Below are positions 26,901-39,540 of a stretch of DNA of 46,509 nucleotides, one piece after another; position 1 is the first letter of the stretch; each line of letters opens with the position of its first letter. Location of the stretch: the NCBI GenBank assembly GCA_002269645.1, contig NIVC01003454.1, forward strand, positions 1 to 46,509, in the 5' to 3' direction. Under the pieces are notes generated by a model. It was not told the origin of the DNA, did not search any database, and worked only from the letters and a program-made list of their open reading frames with translations. A program made the translations under genes and the position numbers. The stretch is from Macrostomum lignano. Its lineage: Eukaryota.

Positions 26901-29900
26901 ACCACTGACCCTCCCTCTCCTCTCTACCACTGACCCTCCCTCTCCTCTCTACCACTGACCCTCCCTCTCCTCTCTACCACTGACCCTCCCTCTCCTCTCT
27001 ACCACTGACCCAGACCCTCCCTCTCAGCTCTACCACCGACCCTCCCTCTCCTCTCTACCCCTGACCCTCCCTCTCAGCTCTTACAATGACCCCCTTCTAT
27101 CTACCATTAAGCCCCCTCTCACCTCTACCATTGACCCTCCGTCTCTTCTACCATTGACCCTCCCTCTCTTCTACCATTTACCCTCCCTCTCTTCTACCAT
27201 TGACCCTCCCTCTCTTCTACCATTGACCCTCCCTCTCTTCTACCATTGACCCTCCCTCTCTTCTACCATTGACCCTCCCTCTCTTCTACCATTGACCCTC
27301 CCTCTCTTCTACCATTGACCCTCCCTCTCTTCTACCATTGACCCTCCCTATCTTCTACCATTGACCCTCCCTCTCCTCTCTACCACTGACCCTCCCTCTC
27401 CTCTCTACCCCTGACCCTCCCTCTCCTCTCTACCACTGACCCTCCCTCTCCTCTCTACCACCGACCCTCCCTCTCCTCTCTACCCCTGACCCTCCCTTTC
27501 AGCTCTTACAATGACCCTCCCTCTCCTCTCTACCACTGACCCTCCCTCTCCTCTCTACCACTGACCCTCCCTCTCCTCTCTACCACTGACCCTCCCTCTC
27601 CTCTCTACCACTGACCCTCCCTCTCCTCTCTACCATTGACCCTCCCTCTCTTCTACCATTGACCCTCCCTCTCTTCTACCATTGACCCTCCCTCTCTTCT
27701 ACCATTGACCCTCCCTCTCTTCTACCATTGACCCTCCCTCTCTTCTACCATTGACCCTCCGTCTCTTCTACCATTGACCCTCCCTCTCTTCTACCATTGA
27801 CCCTCCCTCTCCTCTCTACCACTGACCCTCCCTCTCCTCTCTACCCCTGACCCTCCCTCTCCTCTCTACCACTGACCCTCCCTCTCAGCTCTACCACCGA
27901 CCCTACCTCTCCTCTCTACCCCTGACCCTCCCTCTCAGCTCTTACAATGACCCCCCTTCTATCTACCATTAAGCCCCCTCTCACCTCTACCATTGACCCT
28001 CCCTCTCTTCTACCATTGACCCTCCCTCTCTTCTACCATTGACCCTCGTTCTCACCTCAGCTTCCATTGTTTTCTCCTCTTATGCCTCCCTCTCTCCCCC
28101 CCTCAGCATTCCACTCCCAGGCCGCACCAACCTGCTGTTCAGCATGAAGCGTGCCGGAGATGACGCGGCCAAACACATGGAATCCGCTGGCGTCAGGCGT
28201 AGGGAACAGCTTAGTAGCGTGAATCACCAGCACACCGTTGGGGTCGCAGGCGGCCATGTCAGCGCACACGCCACCGTCCGAGTCGCTATTCTCGGCGCCG
28301 CTGTACCAACGCTGGACACGCTCGGCTGCAGCGTCAGCCGGGCTCGGACAGTGCCGGACGGCCGCTTCGACTAAAGGGTCCCAGCCGGAGAAGAACCGGC
28401 GCAGCACGAGGCGGAGCAATGGCCGCACGTTGAGCTTGAGCTCGGAACGGGAGATTGGCACGTCCAGCTCTTGACAGACCGCTTCTACGTTGGTTTCTAC
28501 GTCTCCGACTAGGGTACTGAAGATCTGTGCAGCGGTTTGGGGAATAATATGTTTGGGGACGTCATTTTCATAGAGTCAGGATGTCATATTCATAGTGTCA
28601 GGATGTCATATTCATAGTGTCAGGATGTCATATTCATAGTGTCAGGATGTCATATTCATAGTGTCAGGATGTCATATTCATAGTGTCAGGATGTCATATT
28701 CATAGTGTCAGGATGTCATATTCATAGTGTCAGGATGTCATATTCATAGTGTCAGGATGTCATATTCATAGAGTCAGGATGTCATATTCATAGTGTCAGG
28801 ATGCCATATTTAAAGTGTCAGGATGCCATATTCAAAGTGTCAGGATGCCATATTCATAGTGTCAGGATGCCATATTCAAAGTGTCAGGATGCCATATTCA
28901 TAGTGTCAGGATGCCATATTTAAAGTGTCAGGATGTCATATTCAAAGTGTCAGGATGCCATATTCAAAGTGTCAGGATGTCATATTCATAGTGTCAGGAT
29001 GCCATTGACCCTCCCTGACAGGATGCCATTTTCAAAATGTCAGGATGACATATTTGCTCACCCCTTTTTAAGGTTTTTGTGGTTTTATATCAGGAATCCG
29101 GCCCTCAGGTCCCTTGAAACTTCACAATAGCAATCCGGCCCGCTCAAGGCTTGTGCTTCTTCTCAGCTTTTTATTCCTCTTCTCTTCCCACTCTCCCTTC
29201 TTACTCTTCCCTCTTCTCTCCGCCTTGTCTTCTCTCTTATCTTTTCTCTCATTCCATCTCTTGCCCCTCTCCTTTCACACACAGATACTAGAATAGCTAG
29301 ATGGGACAGTCAGCACATTTGCGTGTAAGCTACTTTCAGTTCAGTAGTAAGTTAAACAGAAGCATTTTAATGTATTTTTAAAGCCAAGGCTTATTTATTG
29401 GCTCTTGCCCCCTCAGCGCTTAAACCCCTCCAATCGCACCTTTCCACTCTACCCCTCGCCCGCCCCGCCCCAATTTTTATTGCCTTTTTCGGAATTCCAG
29501 CCAGCCTAAAGCTGCCATGTACATTTCAGTGGACTGGCTAATGTAAATTACTGCTGAACCAATTAGCAAGTTGTTTACGCCTGCAAGCTTGGGCTTCTAA
29601 ACTTATCAAAGTCATTTCAGCTGCCTTTATTTTTTATAAAATAGCTTATGGATTCTTCTTTGCTACTGAACTGAAAGTAGAAAGCTGTTTTACCAAGTAT
29701 ATATGCCTAAGCTATTTTAGCCGGCCCCTGATTACAAAACACAAAACACAGGCAGGCACCGAAATTTCAACTCTAAAAGCCAACCTTATAGACGGGCTCC
29801 AGACAGAACTGAACAAAGGTCCTCTGCTGTGCCTGCTGGCTCTTGCCGCCGGCAGAGATCGGATTCCTGCTAAACCGCCTAGTCTTGGCGTCAAAGTACA

Positions 29901-31518
29901 CGTCGCCCCACAGGCGCTCGGCAAACTGGCCAGCGTCCATCCTGGGCGCGAATTTCTGCTTGTACAAGCTGGCAAACGAAGCCAGACTAAAGCAAAACCG
30001 AAATGCAGACGAGGCGAAGATCACCGAGCCGTCTAGCGGCGTCAGCGGACGCGCCAGCTCGGGCGTCGGAGCGTGCGTGTGCACCAGCGCGTTGATCTCG
30101 TCGATGAGATGACGCAATCGATGATAAGCATCAGCCGGTGGCAGCTTGAGCTCAATGATTAGGCGGTCAATTTTGTTGATGCAGAGAATCAGCGGCAGGC
30201 CGTGCTGCATTGCCTGCTGAATGGCCCGCTCCGTGCCCAGCATGGCGCCCTCTGCCGCGCACACAACCAGCAGCACAGCGTCGCACAGGCGATAAGCTGC
30301 GGCCTGTTCGTCTGCGAAGCACGGATGCCCGGGCGTGTCCATCAGATTGACGAGGTGCGACTTGCCGCGCGAGTCGGGCAGCAGCAGGCTCAACGGGCAG
30401 CACTTCACAGACAGACCGCGCTCGCATTCAACTCGAAGGCTGTGCGTGAATGCCAGCTCGGCGCGACCGTCGGCCACGTCAGAGGCTGTTGCACGAACAT
30501 CAGGATGCGTGAGCTCGACCAGGCAGTCAAGCAGGCAGGTCTTGCCGTGATGCAGGTGCCCGGCAACGGCTAGGCAACGAATTAATTTGGGGCTGTCCAT
30601 CAGGTCGGTTAGAAACTCCCAGTCAAATGTGGTTCTGGGCACGTCGGATCGCTCGCGAAAGTACACCCGTTTAGTGCGTATGGGTGCGATGATGGGCTCA
30701 GTGAGAGGCTGGGCGTCTTCCTCCTGCACCAGAGTCTCCACGTCCGGTCCGTAGACCTGCGTTGTATTTTGTAATTAATAATGTGATTAAAATCGATACA
30801 GATCAATAGTTAAATTACTCGATTTTCGATACATATAGGTACTTAAGTTACTTTATTTTCGGTACGTATTGGTACTTAAGTTACTTTATTTTCGGTACGT
30901 ATTGGTACTTAAGTTACTTTATTTTCGATACATATCGGTACTCAAGTTACTTTTTTTCTATACATATCGGTACTCAAGTTACTTTATATTCAATACATAT
31001 CGGTACTTAAGTTACTTTATTTTCGATACATATCGGTACTTAAGTTACTTTATTTTTGATAAATATCGGTAGTTAAGTTACTTGGTTTACGATACTTATC
31101 AACAAAACTTTAATAATTGAAATTCTGTATAAAATCATCCTATATAGCAAATATGTGGATCAAAGCTCAAAATGTAACGTCAACATTCGATACATATCGG
31201 TAGACCGACAAAAATTAGAACACACTTTACCTCGGCAGCGGACGGATAGTACTTTTTATCTTCGTGCAGAACAACTCGCATCTCGGAATCTTCGTCACCT
31301 TTGCCCAGAGCCAGGCCAGACGAGCCAGCGACTCCAGCATCAGCAGCCTCATCATCGTCGCCTTCCTCTTCATCAAAATCGTCGTCGCCATCGTCGCCGG
31401 GTCGACCGTGGCCGCCGCGATGACCGATTTCGACTTCGTCATCGTCGTCGTCATCATCGGAAGCCAAGTCCGGCCCGATGTAGTTGCCGAACTCGTCGTA
31501 GAGGTCCTCGCCGTCCAT
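23998..31518 (-). CDS. EFTUD2: U5 snRNP 116-kDa GTPase Snu114/EFTUD2, 5 coding exons, ~1018 aa
   Basis: Exons 31518-31231, 30756-29785, 28524-28132, 26646-25973 and 24727-23998. All joins are GT-AG and in phase, totalling 3057 nt. [68 protein letters not shown]. Confidence 0.96.
24781..24970 (-). mobile_element. Truncated SINE family 1 copy in EFTUD2 intron 4
   Basis: Matches the reverse complement of about 5620-5792. Confidence 0.75.
24961..25946. repeat. 29/30-bp minisatellite with 266-bp (9-monomer) higher-order period
   Basis: Same family as 19712-20266. The variant GCGCATCC occurs at 25035, 25301 and 25567. Confidence 0.93.
26695..28045. repeat. 23/25-bp CT-rich minisatellite filling EFTUD2 intron 3
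   Basis: Units ACCACTGACCCTCCCTCTCCTCTCT and ACCATTGACCCTCCCTCTCTTCT in alternating blocks. Confidence 0.93.
28570..29030. repeat. 22-bp minisatellite (AGTGTCAGGATGTCATATTCAT) in EFTUD2 intron 2
   Basis: Direct reading. Confidence 0.93.
29093..29275 (+). mobile_element. Partial hAT-type MITE copy
   Basis: ATCCGGCCCTCAGGTCCCTTGAAACTTCACAATAGCAATCCGGCCCGCTCAAGGCTTG matches the interior of 43656-43955. Confidence 0.7.
29279..29710. mobile_element. ~400-bp unclassified MITE-like element, copy 1 (right end decayed)
   Basis: Highly similar to 42507-42921; internal inverted repeat CTACTTTCAGTTCAGTAG / CTACTGAACTGAAAGTAG. Confidence 0.7.
30825..31100. repeat. ~33-bp AT-rich minisatellite in EFTUD2 intron 1
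   Basis: Unit ACATATCGGTACTTAAGTTACTTTATTTTCGAT. Confidence 0.85.
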
Positions 31519-31594
31519 GCAGGAAACGGTTCGGTTGTTGCATTAACTCTGCAGTACGTAAGAGTTCATCAAGTTCATTCCTGTCTACCGAAGT

Positions 31595-31900
31595 AAGTCT
31601 ACCCAAACACCTACCTATCTAATTGAGTACCCAACAGTCTACCCAAACTCCTACCTGTCTACCTGAGTACAAAACAGTCTACCCAAACTCCTACCTGTCT
31701 ACCTGAGTACACAACAGTCTACCCAAACTCCTACCTGTCTACCTGAGTACACAACAGTCTACCCAAACACCTACCTGTCTGAGTGCCTAACTAAATGAGC
31801 CCTCATCAATCTACTGAAAATCTACCTGTCTACCTAAGTACTTACTAGTCTACCCAACACATACTTGCCTGAGTACCCAGCAGTCTACTGAAAATCTATC
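31595..31900. repeat. ~40-bp degenerate tandem repeat upstream of EFTUD2
   Basis: AACAGTCTACCCAAACTCCTACCTGTCTACCTGAGTAC.. recurs at 40-bp spacing (31633, 31673, 31713). Confidence 0.8.
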
Positions 31901-32990
31901 TCTGAGAGCCTACAACAGTGTCGTAAACTACAAAAAAGGAAAATTATTCACAAAAAATCATCAAATTTGAGTAACTATTGGATTTGAAAACCGGTTAAAT
32001 AGTATTGGATTGCAGGAGGCACTCACATACATATTACTAATTTTTATTTCTTTTTTTCGGAACTTATAAAAGTGTTAACACAATTAAACACAATTATGAA
32101 GCAAAAATAACTAAAAATCGGGTATGATAGGACCAATGCAGTGTAGAACCAATATCAGACGTAGGCAGTAACCCATGTTCAGAACATATTACTGTGCTAT
32201 TTTTTTCTTTAAAACAAACCGAGCAGAAGCGCACAGTAGGAAAGACTTAAGCAAGCTGATGTAGGGAAGGCATTGACACAGATAGCAACACCAACACCGC
32301 GTTGAGAGGTGCAAAACTTATGGAAAAAAATTTAAGCCAAATGAAATTGTACACTGTAGCAAAAAGATAGTTTTAGAAAACTACTAGCAAGTAGTATAAG
32401 CTATAAATAATATAGTGTCATAATTTCACAGTTTACTACAGAAATACTATAACTGACTCAAAATAAACTTAAGAAGCTTATAATAAAATAAATTCAATGA
32501 CAAAAAACAATTTTAAATAGCAGGATAGCGATGTGGTTAAGAAATGTGATTGAGAGTGGATAAAAAGCGAAATCCTGTTGTGTCAGATGGTAAAAGGCAT
32601 TTAGCGCCCCAATCTAGCAATGCTAGATTGCTACCAAAATGAATAGCGATGCTCTCTTGTCAACACTGAAAGCACAGAAGACACGCATGAAAATATGACA
32701 TTTCATATGACAGCTTTACCCAGTTGCGTAAAATAAAAACTCAACTCAGGAAAAAAAAACACAAAAAATGAATCGATGACAACTAATAAAAATCACATTT
32801 TTTGTACAAGAATCGACTTTTTAAAATGAATCAATAGCATGAAAGTTTAAAGTTGTTAAATTAGACAAAACCAGTAAAATTAATAACCTTGATAAGCCCT
32901 ACCATTGCAAGCAGTTCTGGTCCAAATTCATAACCATAACATGCGCAGCACCCAGGTAAGTCGCAATAATGCACACTCGAAAACCAAACG

Positions 32991-33149
32991 TACTACTAAT
33001 TAGATGACGAGGCATTTAGCCTTAACAATATGGTCATAGTTACTCTAGCCGCCTGCCTAAAATCACGTTAATTTTGCTTAGGTTCCTTTCGTAGGTAAGT
33101 GGCATTTTTGCTCAAAAAGCAAGTAAATCCAGGGGGTTGCGCATGTATG
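32991..33149 (-). mobile_element. Dispersed element with 28S rRNA-like (H69-H71) terminus, copy 1
   Basis: Minus strand reads GGCGGCTAGAGTAACTATGACCATATTGTTAAGGCTAAATGCCTCGTCATCTAATTAGT. Non-rRNA part is shared with 39541-39732. Confidence 0.7.
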
Positions 33150-33246
33150 TTCATAACTAAATTATATAACCCACGTGTAGCACTGATGACTAAAAATCAG
33201 TTTTGAATTAGCAAGCGACCTTTCATTCCTTTATTTTATCGATTTT

Positions 33247-35308
33247 TCACACCCGATAATAACCGCTAGCTTTGAGTCGTTTCACTTGTTTCAGCGTCTT
33301 GCTCATCAGCGGAGCGGATTTAGTAGAACCCCGAGCCCCGCCAGAGGTTGACGCACCCGAGGACTTGCCGCCGCCTCCGCCGCTGTGCACCGACATTGGC
33401 GCCGAAGCGGTTGGCAAGATGTGCTGAGACAACTGCTCAACTAGCTGAGCACGCTCAGGATTTGCTGAACTACGCGCGGTCTTGCTTGAATTGGAAAATT
33501 TCAACGAAGGCGCCTCCGAATCGTCGCAATGCCGATTTCGCTTGCGCTGCGGCGGCTTGTCAATTAGCGTGAACAAAGTTTTACGCTGCTGACTGCGCGC
33601 CTGAGCCTGGGTATTAGCTAATCGTTCCGTTATGCTTTGCAGCTTTGCCTGCTGTTTGCGCCTCGATTTTATATAGCGCCGGCGCCACGGCGCCGAGTTG
33701 GAGCTGGCTCCGTCATCTTCGATTAATTGGACATCGGGGAAATCGCGCATGAAGTGCAACTGCCACAGTTCGTCATCGTCGCCAATTAAATGAGGATTGT
33801 GAGCTTCTAAGCGTTCCAATTGCTCCACGTTGCATTTGGCTAAGACCGGCTTGATCACGTGATAGGGCACGCCTGGCCCCATGGCACCCAGCCAGTCCAA
33901 GTGAGCGGCAAGATAATCAAGACAGGCCTGTTTCAGAGTCGGCACAGTGTCGTACACGCTACGCGATCTGCCCGAGTAAACAGCTGTTCGAGTGTGAAAT
34001 TTCAACGGAATAGCCAATCCGTCATTATTGTCCTCTGTTGTTGAGTTTTGCTTCAATGAAGCTGCCGATTTGGCAGCTATTGCTGGGTCTTCGCTAATTC
34101 CCAAGTCCAATTCTGACGGCAGTTGAGGCAATGCCTCAGCTCTTTGCTTCTTTTTCTTCTTTTTCTTGTTTGGTCGCTTCGAGGCGGCCAGCTCTAGGCA
34201 GTCGCCGAATGTTAATCCTGTCGTATTATCGAATTCGCCTAAACTGGATTCTGGTCTGTTCTTTTTCTTCTTCTTCTTGGCCTTACAAGATGAACTCGAG
34301 CGAGTCGAAACTTCCGTAGTAGCGGGAGGAACAGGCAAACTGAAAGACACGCCCGGCTTAGCAGCAATTTTACCTGTAGATTGTTCGGACTTGTCCAACT
34401 CACTGGGCTTCTTGTTTGACTCAAGACAACTGCTTGATTGGTTAGCAGAAGAAGCCGAGTGGCTTATTTCTTGCTTTATGGACTCTTTGACAGATTTCTT
34501 AGAATCGCCATTCGGTTTCCTAGAATCGTCGCCTGATTTCTTAGAATCCGAATTGGAAGCAATAAAAGAATTAGAAGAATTGCCAATCTTCGAAATCGGT
34601 TCGGTACTAAAGCTAGGACTGGATTTTTGTTTAGCTGTGGAAGTCACCTCGGCAACAGCTGGCAAGGGCTGGCTGAGCAATTCCGGTCGTTGAGTCAAGG
34701 CCGAGTCAACAATTCGTTTCCAATTGTTAACAAGCTCGGTGGCAACCGTGTCAAGTTCGCTGCGCGAGCCGTCGCGACAAGCGTTGACAGCTTTGCCAAT
34801 GCCACTGCTGGCTAGCACCTGCATGTTCACCTTGACCTGGCGTAGGCGCCTGAGCAAATCCAGCTTCTGAAGGGATTGATTTCGATGCTGATTTAACGTT
34901 TTAAGTTTCATTTTGGCAATTTGGAAATGTTTGGTCGGATTATTAGAGTCAATATTTTTTTAATATTTTAGATTGTCCAAGCTCAAGCGTTGGGAAAATT
35001 TTTATATCAGGGGCCAGATGGAGAGCCTAGCTCTAGAGAGCCTAGAGAAGGGGAGGGAAGAGAATGAGACGAGAGGAGGGAGAGGAGAGAAAGGAAAGAG
35101 GATAATAGGAGAATAGAGAGGACACAAACCTTGAGCGATAGCATAGCTAGCATAGTTATGCTATGCATTTGAAACCCAGTTTAATACTAGCCAGTAAAAA
35201 GACAGGACTTACCTTTGCAGCTGAGGTAGATGCTGACATGAGCTTGTCGGTGCATCGTTTAAAATAAACGAGTTCCACATCGGAGGACCCAGTGTCTCCC
35301 GATGCCAT
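33247..35308 (-). CDS. ELOA: Elongin A (transcription elongation factor SIII A), 2 exons, ~571 aa
   Basis: Exon 35308-35213 (MASGD...SAAK, donor GTAAGT) joins in phase 0 to 34866-33247. TFIIS-N-like LASSGIGKAVNACR, BC-box VPTLKQACLDYL, Elongin A domain PYHVIKPVLAKCNVEQLERLEAHNPHL...LWQLH. Confidence 0.88.
35005..35135 (-). mobile_element. Probable partial MITE fragment in Elongin A intron
   Basis: AG-rich tract ending GGACACAAACCTTGAGCG, the reverse of the CGCTCAAGGCTTGCGTGTC-CT tract seen in other copies. Confidence 0.45.
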
Positions 35309-35449
35309 TTCACTTGGAGATGTTTCATGCAATAACATAACTATTTAAAAATTGCTGATTGACAAACGCTTCAAAATTATCAATCAGTACAAATGTTGGA
35401 ATTCTTATAAAAGCTTTTCTACAACAAAGACCAGCACCTTTGTCTAAAC

Positions 35450-35852
35450 CAGGGGTTGGCAAACTCTAGCCCGCGGGCCAAGCCTCTCTATTCAACCATT
35501 GGGTCCTTTAAACTTCACAATAGCAATCCGGGGCGCTCAAAGTTTGCGTCTCTTCTCAGCTTAGCTCTCAGCTCTCTAATAATCTCCTCTCTCCTTTCTC
35601 TCCTCTCCCTTCTCTCCACTCTTCTCTCCCCTCTCTTCATTCCCGACTTCTCTCATCTCCTTTCTCTCCTATCCCTTCTCTCCTCTCACTTTTCTTCTCT
35701 CCTCTCCAATCTCTCCTCTCCCTTCTCCCCTCTCCCACCTTTTCTCTCTCCTGTCTTCTCTTCTCTATTCCCTCTGCTCTCTCTCCTCTGGCTCGCACGT
35801 ATGCACTATATTCTCCATCTGAGCCTTGAGGTAAAAAGCTTGCCAACCCCTT
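35450..35852 (+). mobile_element. hAT-type MITE with TIRs and near-perfect 8-bp TSD
   Basis: CAGGGGTTGGCAAAC...TTGCCAACCCCTT; flanks GTCTAAAC / ATCTAAAC (central TA, as preferred by Charlie/Buster-type hATs). Confidence 0.85.
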
Positions 35853-36619
35853 ATCTAAACAACCTGACACTTATAATATATAATATATATGCTCATAGTG
35901 GTGCAGGTCATATACTCATTTGCTTGTACATGTGCAACCTCTCCAATTTTGACCCAGTTGGTGCAAAATAGTTCTCCAAAAATGTTAAATAACTCTATTT
36001 AGAGAGCCTTCTAAAATATTGCTTTGCTCTACATGCAATTTAAATATTTGGCTTGAACTACTTAATTTGCTTGATTCTCTTTTTTATTTGCTTCTTTGAT
36101 TACTTATATAGGACCTACATTTGGACAAATAGCACTAGACTTTTTGGAACATATTTGCATTTATTCTTTAGTCCAAAATGCTTTATTCAGAACAAATTGA
36201 CTTTTGTCTAAAAAGGTAGTTATACAACTTTTGAATTCTCCTAGCTAGTTTTATAAGTTTTAGTAAAACTTAAGAATCAAAAAGCTATATTTTATAGACC
36301 ATAATTATAACAAAACTTAAAATAGTTAGAGAGACCTAGATCTAAGTCTAAAAACCTATTTAAGCCTATTTACACTATTTTTAATATATATAAGCTATTG
36401 AAACCCATGGATTTTGAACCCGGGAAACTCTAATCCCGGAACTATTTTTGCATATATTCTTAAATCTGAAGTCATACTCAAACAAAAACTCATTAATATC
36501 AATAGTTAGGAATTTAAGATAGAGTTAAACATAAAATAGAGTACATTTGTGTAAAATTAGGATTTGAAGCAAACATTGATATTGTTGGCTGGGGTGCTGT
36601 GCAGAATGTCAGGCAAACT

Positions 36620-37405
36620 TTGGCCTCTACCTCTGCCTCTCCCTATGTCCTTTGCATCCTTTGAAATTCTATCCTCTCTTCTGTCTCTTTTCTCTCTTGT
36701 CTCTTTTCTCTTCTCATCTCTTCTTTCTTCTCTCCTCTCTCCTCTCTCCCCTCTTCTCTTGTCTCTTCCCTCTCTACTCTTCTCACTCCTTGTTCTACCC
36801 TCTCTCAACACTTCCTTCATTTCTCCTCTCTTCTTTTTCCTCTCTTCTCTCTTCTCTCATCTCTTCTATTGTCTCTTCCCTCACCTCTTTTCTCTCTCGT
36901 CTTTGCTCTCTTATCTCTCCTTTTATCTTTTTTCTGTTATCTCTTCTCATTTCTCTCTGCTCTCCTCTATCTCTGCTCTCTCCTGTCTCATCTCTCTTCT
37001 CCTCTCTAATCTCTCCCCTCCTTCTCTCTAATCTCTCCCCTCTTTTTTCTCCTCTCTCGTCCTTTCTCTTATTTCCCCTGTCCTCTTAATTCACCCCCTT
37101 CCTTCCTCTCTTCTCACTCACTTCTCTATCTTGTCTCACCTACCATCTCTCATTTCTTATCTCTCTTCTTCTCTTTCTACTCTCCTATCTCTCTTCTTTT
37201 CACTCTCGTTTCTGCTCTCCTATCTTTCTACTCTCATCTGTCATCTTTACTCTCATATGTTCTCTCACCTCTCTCCTCTGTACTCTTCTCTCTTCTCTTT
37301 TTTGACTCAGGACTCTCTTTCCTTTCTCCTTTCTTCTTGTCTCTTTTCATCTCTTCTTCTTTCCTCTCTCCTCTCTCCTCTCTCCCCTCTTCTCTCTTCT
37401 CTCAT
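36620..37405. repeat. ~800-bp polypyrimidine (CT-rich) low-complexity tract
   Basis: Direct reading. Confidence 0.9.
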
Positions 37406-37619
37406 TGACAGAGAATAAGTCAATGAAGAATTGTCAAGTTTGAAGTCAATTGCTTCATGTGGAGCAAACCTATGGTAGCCAAAAGTTAGTCAATTTTATA
37501 ATCCCTTTTATACATCTGAGCCCAGATTGGGAAAGAGAGGCAGGCGGGTGGAGGTTGGGGTGGCTGCCTCACTGAAAAAGCAACCTAATTTTAAAGTGCA
37601 CAGCACCATTCAGAATTAA

Positions 37620-37945
37620 CTCTGAGACTCGAAATTTTACATGATTGTGTCAAAATAATTGAAGATTGTTTGTGTCAAATTTGAAGAGGATTGGTAGAAG
37701 GGGAGTGACACTATGGAGGATTTAGTAAAAAAATTGCACATTTTGAGCAGTTTTTTGCACTTTTAGGTAGGAAGACTTGAATTTAGGAAATTTTAAGGTA
37801 GCCTAAAGACATTTTCAGTAGTAATTTTAGGGTGGGTATAAAGTTTGGTGTAATTTGGTTAAACAGTTTGGGAGTCCATAGCGATCAAAATTGTCTACAA
37901 ACAGACAGACACACACACAAAGTTTAGATTTTTATGTATAGAGAT
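37620..37945 (+). mobile_element. Possible Helentron-associated/HINE-like element ending in a microsatellite plus TTTATGTATAGAGAT
   Basis: The 3' end CACACACA-AAGTTTAGATTTTTATGTATAGAGAT recurs at ~41810-41870. Classification is by resemblance only. Confidence 0.4.
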
Positions 37946-39173
37946 CAATACTAATATTGTTATTTGTTAAATATGTACAATGATAATAAAAAAGAAAAAC
38001 AATTATTATATAATATTAAGCTCATTAGGCCTAGGCCCAGTAACTTGATATATATCTAATATAAATATATTAATATTATAGTTACCAATAGTCACATAGT
38101 TACAACTCTTGACTTTTTTTCAAGATCTTAAAACCAAAATCAAGATTGAGAAAAGTATCAAGATCTTGATTATTGAGATTAAGATCAAGTCAAAATCTTA
38201 TGACTCATGAAGATAAAGTATCCTATAATAATATGCAAAATTTGCATTTACTATCATATAACCTTTTAATACTTTATAGCTTAATTATAAAATATTTCAG
38301 ACTAGTAATATCTTTATGCATTTTTATAGGTCTTACTTGGCTTCTAGGCTAGGGCACATTAGAAAAAAGCCTAGAATAAGGTACCTGGTAAAATGTAAAA
38401 CCCATAGTAGAATTGGAATAGAATAGCATAGTAAAATGTAGAATCCGCAGTGGAATAGTACAATGTAGAATCAACTGCAGGATCCACTAACTTGAAAAAT
38501 GTGAAATATAAGAATAAAAAATGTTATTTTTTAATATCATATAATGTTATTTTTATATATATATAGCTTTGCCTATAGCAATGTAACTACATAAAAAAGA
38601 TGTATAAAGAATTTTTAATATGATTCTATATTGAGGCAAACTGAACTAGAAATAGCAAAATTTATTAGACTTACTCAAAGTAGTAATATACTACGAGTAT
38701 ATAGCATTATATGTTTTCTTGTGAATAATATAGCTAATGCCTGATAGGTATTGAAAATTATTATTATAATTTTCTCTCTAGTAGGCTTAGTTTAGTAAAA
38801 TTTTGAAAGCTTTATTATTATAAGATTAAATATAATAGATCATAATGCACTTCAGCTATAGGCTCAGGCTTAGGGCTAGCTAAGGTAAGGGTCTCTTAAC
38901 TATGCCTATTTATTTGAAAAAATTGACCACAAACCCTATTTAGGCCTATTAAGCATCCAAATCAAAGACTAATTAATTAATATCATTAGGCCCTATTATC
39001 AATAAATGGCAATCCTAGGCCTACACTTCCGTTTGGTAAATTATTTTGATACTGAATTTTGAACAGGCGTGTTAAATAACAATGTAACCAAACAAAACTG
39101 AAACAGTGAAACATGGTAGCAGTCTGTTAGAGTGCATAATCACTTAGAGTGTGTCTGCAGGTCATTAAGGTGT

Positions 39174-39420
39174 CTACAATGGATAGTAATGTCCAATCCA
39201 GTACAGGATAGCCCCAAATGGACATTGGGGATACAGACGACGCCAGAGGAATTCCTCAATGTGTGCGTCGAAGAGAGCGTCGCTCGTGCCATACATGTTG
39301 CAGATCTTGCGCTTCGCGTAGGCCCATGTGCCCTCCACGGTGTTGGTGTGGACTATTGGGTCCGCAGGATCTACGAAGTGCAGCCGATGGTTCACTTCAC
39401 CGAGACGTGGTTGGGTAGAG
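39174..39420 (-). pseudogene. C-terminal fragment of Merlin/IS1595-family DDE transposase
   Basis: VNHRLHFVDPADPIVHTNTVEGTWAYAK...HIEEFLWRR is typical of the family (VNH, HTN/QxIExxW, YLxEFxWR). The N-terminal part is missing. Confidence 0.82.
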
Positions 39421-39540
39421 ACGTGGTAAAAACAGCATACATGCGCAACAGTCGGCCGAGTCGGCCGATCCGGCCGACCGATTTGGCGGCCAATCAAGGA
39501 AGTCGCAAAAATGCCCACCCAAAAAATAACCTGAAGAGTA

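Noticed and set aside
32995-33056. True rRNA gene or hammerhead ribozyme (CTGACGAG in copy 2)
   Set aside because: Only about 60 nt resemble 28S, with substitutions; there is no stem II-GAAA completing a hammerhead core.
34869-34911. ATG at 34911 as the Elongin A start
   Set aside because: An in-phase upstream exon (35308-35213) with a GTAAGT donor and the acceptor at 34867 better completes the N-terminal domain.
36557-37418. Leu/Ser-rich membrane-like ORFs
   Set aside because: Translation of a CT low-complexity tract.
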